The position numbers and the translations under genes were made by a program. Shown here piece by piece: positions 45,296-48,654 of a DNA stretch of 48,654 bases. Every line of letters begins with the position of its first letter. The stretch's first letter is position 1. Source of the DNA: an uncultured Coriobacteriaceae bacterium. GTDB taxonomy: Bacteria; Actinomycetota; Coriobacteriia; Coriobacteriales; Atopobiaceae. The DNA is taken from NCBI GenBank assembly GCA_902772085.1, contig CACXZL010000002.1, positions 1 to 48,654 of the forward strand, in the 5' to 3' direction. Below the pieces are notes generated by a model. It was not told the origin of the DNA and made no database searches. It saw only the letters and a program-made list of their open reading frames with translations.

Positions 45296-46900
45296 GTGAC
45301 CCTTATGGAGTTTGTCAACAAGAGCTTTCGCTTGTCATTGCAAGTCTGTGATGAGGTGTCTGAGCTCATCAACGAATTCTGCTCTCAGAGACGGGTGAAG
45401 AGGGAGGACGCGGTTCGCTGCCGCTTGGTCGCCGAGAATTGCCTTACGCAATGGCTCAGCCATGGCTTTGAAAACGGCGACCTGACGTTGCGTATGGGCA
45501 TGCGCCTTCGGACGCATTTTGTGACGTTGGAGCTCAAGGGTTCACAGTACGATCCGACCGAAGTGCGCGATGATGAGTTTGGCCAATTTGTCGATGGCGT
45601 CATAGTCAATCTGGGCCTCGAGCCAGAGTATAGCTACAATCACGGTCGCAACTGCATAACGTTTATGCTGAGGCGAAAGCCCCAAAACCAGTTGGCGGTG
45701 TTGGCGTTTGCGCTGTTCAGTGCAGTGGTGATAGGCTCTCTTGGCATGTTGTTGTCTGACGACGTGAGGGGGGCCCTTCTGACGGGCGTCGTACAGCCCT
45801 TGAACGACGCGTTCTTCCATGTCCTCACCTGCATAGCGGGGCCGATGGTCTTCCTCTCCGTCGTGTGGGGAATCTATGGCATAGGGGATATGGAGACCCT
45901 AGGGCGCATCGGCAGGCGCCTGCTGCTCCGTTACCTGCGCGTCGGTTTTTTGGCAGGGTGCTGCGCGATGCCGTTGTTTTTCCTGCTCGGTCCCGGCCTT
46001 TCGCAGACTTCAGGTGCTGATGCCAGGCTCTCTTCGATCGCGGACATGGTGTTTGGCATCATCCCGAGCAACGTCGTGGAGCCCTTCTCTACCGGCAACA
46101 CACTCCAAATCATATTCCTTGCGGTGGTGGTGGCGCTCGGCTTGCTTTGTCTGGGGCAGCGCACCAAAGTCGTGGCGGATATAGTCGACCAGACGAACGC
46201 TCTTGTGGGCTTTCTCATGGGTATCGTGGGCAAGTTCGTGCCGCTGCTTGTCGCCTTGGTTGTGATCGACATGATCTGGGCGGGAAAGATTAGCGCCGTG
46301 ATCGGCATTTGGAAGGTCGTGCTCGCCGTGCTCGCCGCACTCATCCTCATGGGAGTTGCCTTTTTGCTTCTGACTTCGATGCGCCGCAGGGTCAGCCCGC
46401 TCCTGCTTGCGAAGAAGTGGTTGCCCGTATTCACAATAGCTTTCAGCACGGCATCCTCCATGGCGGCATACGGTACGTGCGTAAGGACCCTTGAGAATCG
46501 GCTTGGCGTTGACCACTCTTTTACCAACTTTGGACTCCCGCTTGGCATCGTGATGCAACGTGCGGCGAGCACCGTCTATCTCTTGCTCGATATGTTCTAT
46601 TTTGCCAATCAGTACGATGTGTCGTGCGACTTTGTATGGCTGGTCACGGCATTGCTTGTCTGCTGGATTATGGCCATCGCAACGCCACCAATACCTGGCG
46701 GCGGTACCGTGGTGTTGACCATGCTGTTTGCGCAGCTGGGCATTCCTCAGGAGGCGTTGGGCATTGCAATGGCGTTCGAGGTGGTCGCCGACTTCCCCGT
46801 CACCGCTTTTGATCAGGTCGGCATACTGACGACAATCACCAACGTCTCAGCCGAATTAGATATGCTCGATGAGGATGTGCTGCGCGCGGAGATCGAGTAG
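45296..46900 (+). CDS. Dicarboxylate/amino-acid:cation symporter (DAACS) with an extra roughly 125-aa N-terminal cytoplasmic domain
   Basis: The C-terminal roughly 400 aa carry DAACS signatures (IAFSTASSMAAYG, PPIPGGGTVVLTML). The N-terminal 125 aa are soluble and resemble a small GHKL/anti-sigma-kinase-like fold by pattern. Confidence 0.75.
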   Translation: MTLMEFVNKSFRLSLQVCDEVSELINEFCSQRRVKREDAVRCRLVAENCLTQWLSHGFENGDLTLRMGMRLRTHFVTLELKGSQYDPTEVRDDEFGQFVDGVIVNLGLEPEYSYNHGRNCITFMLRRKPQNQLAVLAFALFSAVVIGSLGMLLSDDVRGALLTGVVQPLNDAFFHVLTCIAGPMVFLSVVWGIYGIGDMETLGRIGRRLLLRYLRVGFLAGCCAMPLFFLLGPGLSQTSGADARLSSIADMVFGIIPSNVVEPFSTGNTLQIIFLAVVVALGLLCLGQRTKVVADIVDQTNALVGFLMGIVGKFVPLLVALVVIDMIWAGKISAVIGIWKVVLAVLAALILMGVAFLLLTSMRRRVSPLLLAKKWLPVFTIAFSTASSMAAYGTCVRTLENRLGVDHSFTNFGLPLGIVMQRAASTVYLLLDMFYFANQYDVSCDFVWLVTALLVCWIMAIATPPIPGGGTVVLTMLFAQLGIPQEALGIAMAFEVVADFPVTAFDQVGILTTITNVSAELDMLDEDVLRAEIE

Positions 46901-47128
46901 GGGCGTCAAAGGACGGCTTTTTGCGACTGTGAACGATTCCGCCAAAGGGACCACGGAGGGCGACAGGGGGCAGACTGTCCGAAAACCGCATTTGAGCCTG
47001 ACGTAGCCACAAAGGAATCTCTTAACGCTGAGTGTTACTTTCTTGTTACGCTCTGGCCGTGGTATGCTTCTTGGAGACTGTTTCAGCTGTTCCCTCCATA
47101 AACGCATATGCAAGACGGGGTGATTCCT

Positions 47129-47821
47129 ATGACAAGCACACATCGCCAAAGATCATTGCTGGCCATCGTCGGAGCGCTTTGTACGGGGGTGCTTCTGCTG
47201 TCGCCTCTCGTTGCGCGTGCCTACGGCGAGGAGCTGGGAGGCTACTACTACACTACGGACGGTGGCAGGGTGGATGCGAAGCCCGGCGACGCGTGGGCCA
47301 AGGCGCTGGAGCTTCAAACGGGGATGGGCATCACCGGCGACTACACTCCGTCCGGCCATCTCTATGTAAACAATGGCAAAAAAGTGTTTGTAGAGCTCAA
47401 CGGCCATGTGCTCAATCGCAACCTCTCCAGTTGCCAGGATGATGGAGAGGTCTTTTATGTGGAGGACAACGCCACGCTTACGGTGTATGGAGGTGCGGAG
47501 AAAGACCTCTTGGCGGGAGAGGACATCACCAACACCGTGCGGGCGTGGGTGACCGACTCCTCGGGAAACTTGTCGCAAAGCACGACATCCGTGCGTGGCG
47601 GCGTTATAACGGGTGGCTCCGGTGGCGCCGGCATAGGTGGAAACGTTGGCACGGTCTCCCTTTCGCTCGCACATGCAGGGGACTCCATTACGGCCAGCTC
47701 TTATGCGTGCGACACGTTAGAGATGCAAAGCGATTTGAGGTTCTCCGATGGTGCCGATACGGTAACCGCAGAGGAGGTGCTTGGGTCTTCGGGCAAGACG
47801 CTTGTGTTGCGAGACGAATGA
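47129..47821 (+). CDS. Secreted hypothetical protein (signal peptide; Gly-rich C-terminal half)
   Basis: MTSTHRQRSLLAIVGALCTGVLLLSPLVARA/YGEE is a Sec signal with an AxA site. No recognisable catalytic motif. Confidence 0.55.
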   Translation: MTSTHRQRSLLAIVGALCTGVLLLSPLVARAYGEELGGYYYTTDGGRVDAKPGDAWAKALELQTGMGITGDYTPSGHLYVNNGKKVFVELNGHVLNRNLSSCQDDGEVFYVEDNATLTVYGGAEKDLLAGEDITNTVRAWVTDSSGNLSQSTTSVRGGVITGGSGGAGIGGNVGTVSLSLAHAGDSITASSYACDTLEMQSDLRFSDGADTVTAEEVLGSSGKTLVLRDE

Positions 47822-47894
47822 AACGCCTCTGCGTCTTGAAGATTCCCTTTTGTGCGCGCAGGGCGTTTCGAGATGTGGTAATATAAAGTCTCTC

Positions 47895-47969
47895 GCCAGA
47901 GTGGCTCAATGGTAGAGCACCGGCCTTGTAATCCGGCGGTTATGGGTTCGATTCCCATCTCTGGCTCCA
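47895..47969 (+). tRNA. tRNA-Thr (anticodon UGU), CCA encoded
   Basis: Manual cloverleaf: acceptor GCCAGAG/CTCTGGC, D arm GCTC-AATGGTA-GAGC, anticodon arm CCGGC-CTTGTAA-TCCGG (one C-U mismatch at 31-39), T arm ATGGG-TTCGATT-CCCAT, discriminator T, then CCA. Confidence 0.85.
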
Positions 47970-47977
47970 GAAACCCG

Positions 47978-48016
47978 CAGGTCAAGCCATAAATTTGGTT
48001 TGACCTGTTTTCTTTT
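47978..48016 (+). terminator. Rho-independent terminator after tRNA-Thr
   Basis: CAGGTCAA-loop-TTGACCTG followed by TTTTCTTTT. Confidence 0.75.
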
Positions 48017-48422
48017 GTGTGACTTCTGGGAGACACCGAGACAACGGGACGGGACAACGGGGACGGAGGGTGTCGTCACTAACGAAATGAGTCTTCTACC
48101 TATTTCCGGCTTCAGATGGGCGCGCGGGTTTCTTCTTGTTCAAATCAATGGATGGGGAACCTGTCTTGAAATCCACTTCCACAGGGGCCCGACGCACTTG
48201 TGGGAGAGAGGGGCTCTGGTAAGGCAGCGGTCTTCGATGCTTTAAAACTGGTGCTTCAAGACGCTGCCGATGAAATTCCTGGTCGTTTTACCGCGCAAAT
48301 CGAGCGACCACCTGAGAGGGCGCAGGACGTCACTTCGTCGCGCCAACGACAGAAAGGACCTTATGGGCATCAAATGGGCCTTAGAACGGCCCTACGGAGT
48401 TTGCCCAGCTAGACGGGCTGTT

Positions 48423-48654
48423 TTATGGGACCATCTGCGGGAACGGACTGCCACGAGGAGTGCGGTCGGCCGTCGGTGGCATAACGTGCCCCGCAAAACC
48501 CCAGCTAAACGGCTCGGAAAACGGGGCTGTTTTGCTCGCTCGACGGATATAGCGCTGGAAAGTGGCGCACTTGACCTCGTGTTTTGCTGGGCTCGAGTTA
48601 CCCATATGGGCGACGATACGCTCAAAATACGTCCCGTTATAGAAAAAAATATGA
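48423..48654 (-). other. Possible 3' end of a gene entering from the right edge (weak resemblance to the C-terminus of DDE/rve-type transposases)
   Basis: The minus-strand frame is open from the window edge: HIFFYNGTYFERIVAHMGNSSPAKHEV...* ends at 48423. The pattern YN..R....G..SP is reminiscent of IS3-type OrfB tails, but the match is by eye only. Confidence 0.25.

Noticed and set aside
47895-47969. Reading the tRNA as tRNA-Tyr because GTA appears in the anticodon loop.
   Set aside because: With a 7-nt loop CTTGTAA, with U33 and A37 in place, the anticodon is TGT (Thr). The variable region is short (5 nt), whereas bacterial tRNA-Tyr has a long variable arm.
48190-48330. Possible tmRNA, SRP RNA or other structured RNA (GGGGCTCTGG..., imperfect hairpin GGCAGCGGTCTT...AAGACGCTGCC).
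   Set aside because: There is no tRNA-like 3' end, no tag reading frame and no SRP domain IV motif (GGAA/AGCA loops). Only one imperfect hairpin is present.

Overview
GC-rich (about 60% by eye) chromosomal segment of a Gram-positive-type anaerobe. High GC combined with Firmicutes-like gene content suggests Coriobacteriia or a similar Actinomycetota lineage; this is inference only. Most of the window is housekeeping or carbohydrate metabolism. It holds a ZTP-riboswitch-controlled purO/purH pair, galM, a fruR-fruK-fruA fructose PTS operon, yfhO, ettA, an Fe-alcohol dehydrogenase and manXYZ plus a DUF956 gene. It also holds a Ca/Na antiporter, tatA, greA, lysS, the conserved clpC-disA-ispD-ispF-cysS-rlmB-yacP block, a DAACS transporter and tRNA-Thr(UGU). 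No canonical defence system, CRISPR array or intact mobile element is visible. The less ordinary content is: (1) a rearranged Dlt-like acylation locus with an MBOAT, two tandem DltD-like ectoenzymes with extra C-terminal modules, an adenylating ligase, and the carrier protein on the opposite strand; (2) two families of intergenic repeats, namely a 25-nt unit tandemly phased at exactly 30 bp (8 units at one locus, 2 just upstream of the MBOAT operon) and about 100-120-nt long-stem hairpins sharing a conserved core in at least 4 intergenic sites; (3) a LysRS fused to an HD-domain hydrolase, near two convergent CBS-type family II pyrophosphatase paralogues; (4) three disrupted genes, with frameshifts in fruA and ettA and an in-frame TAG in a 620-aa hypothetical protein ending in an integrase-SAM-like module; these are either real decay or assembly error; (5) an XRE/S24 LexA-like repressor in a low-GC patch whose catalytic Lys position reads Arg. 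All family calls come from motif recognition by eye; no database search was run.
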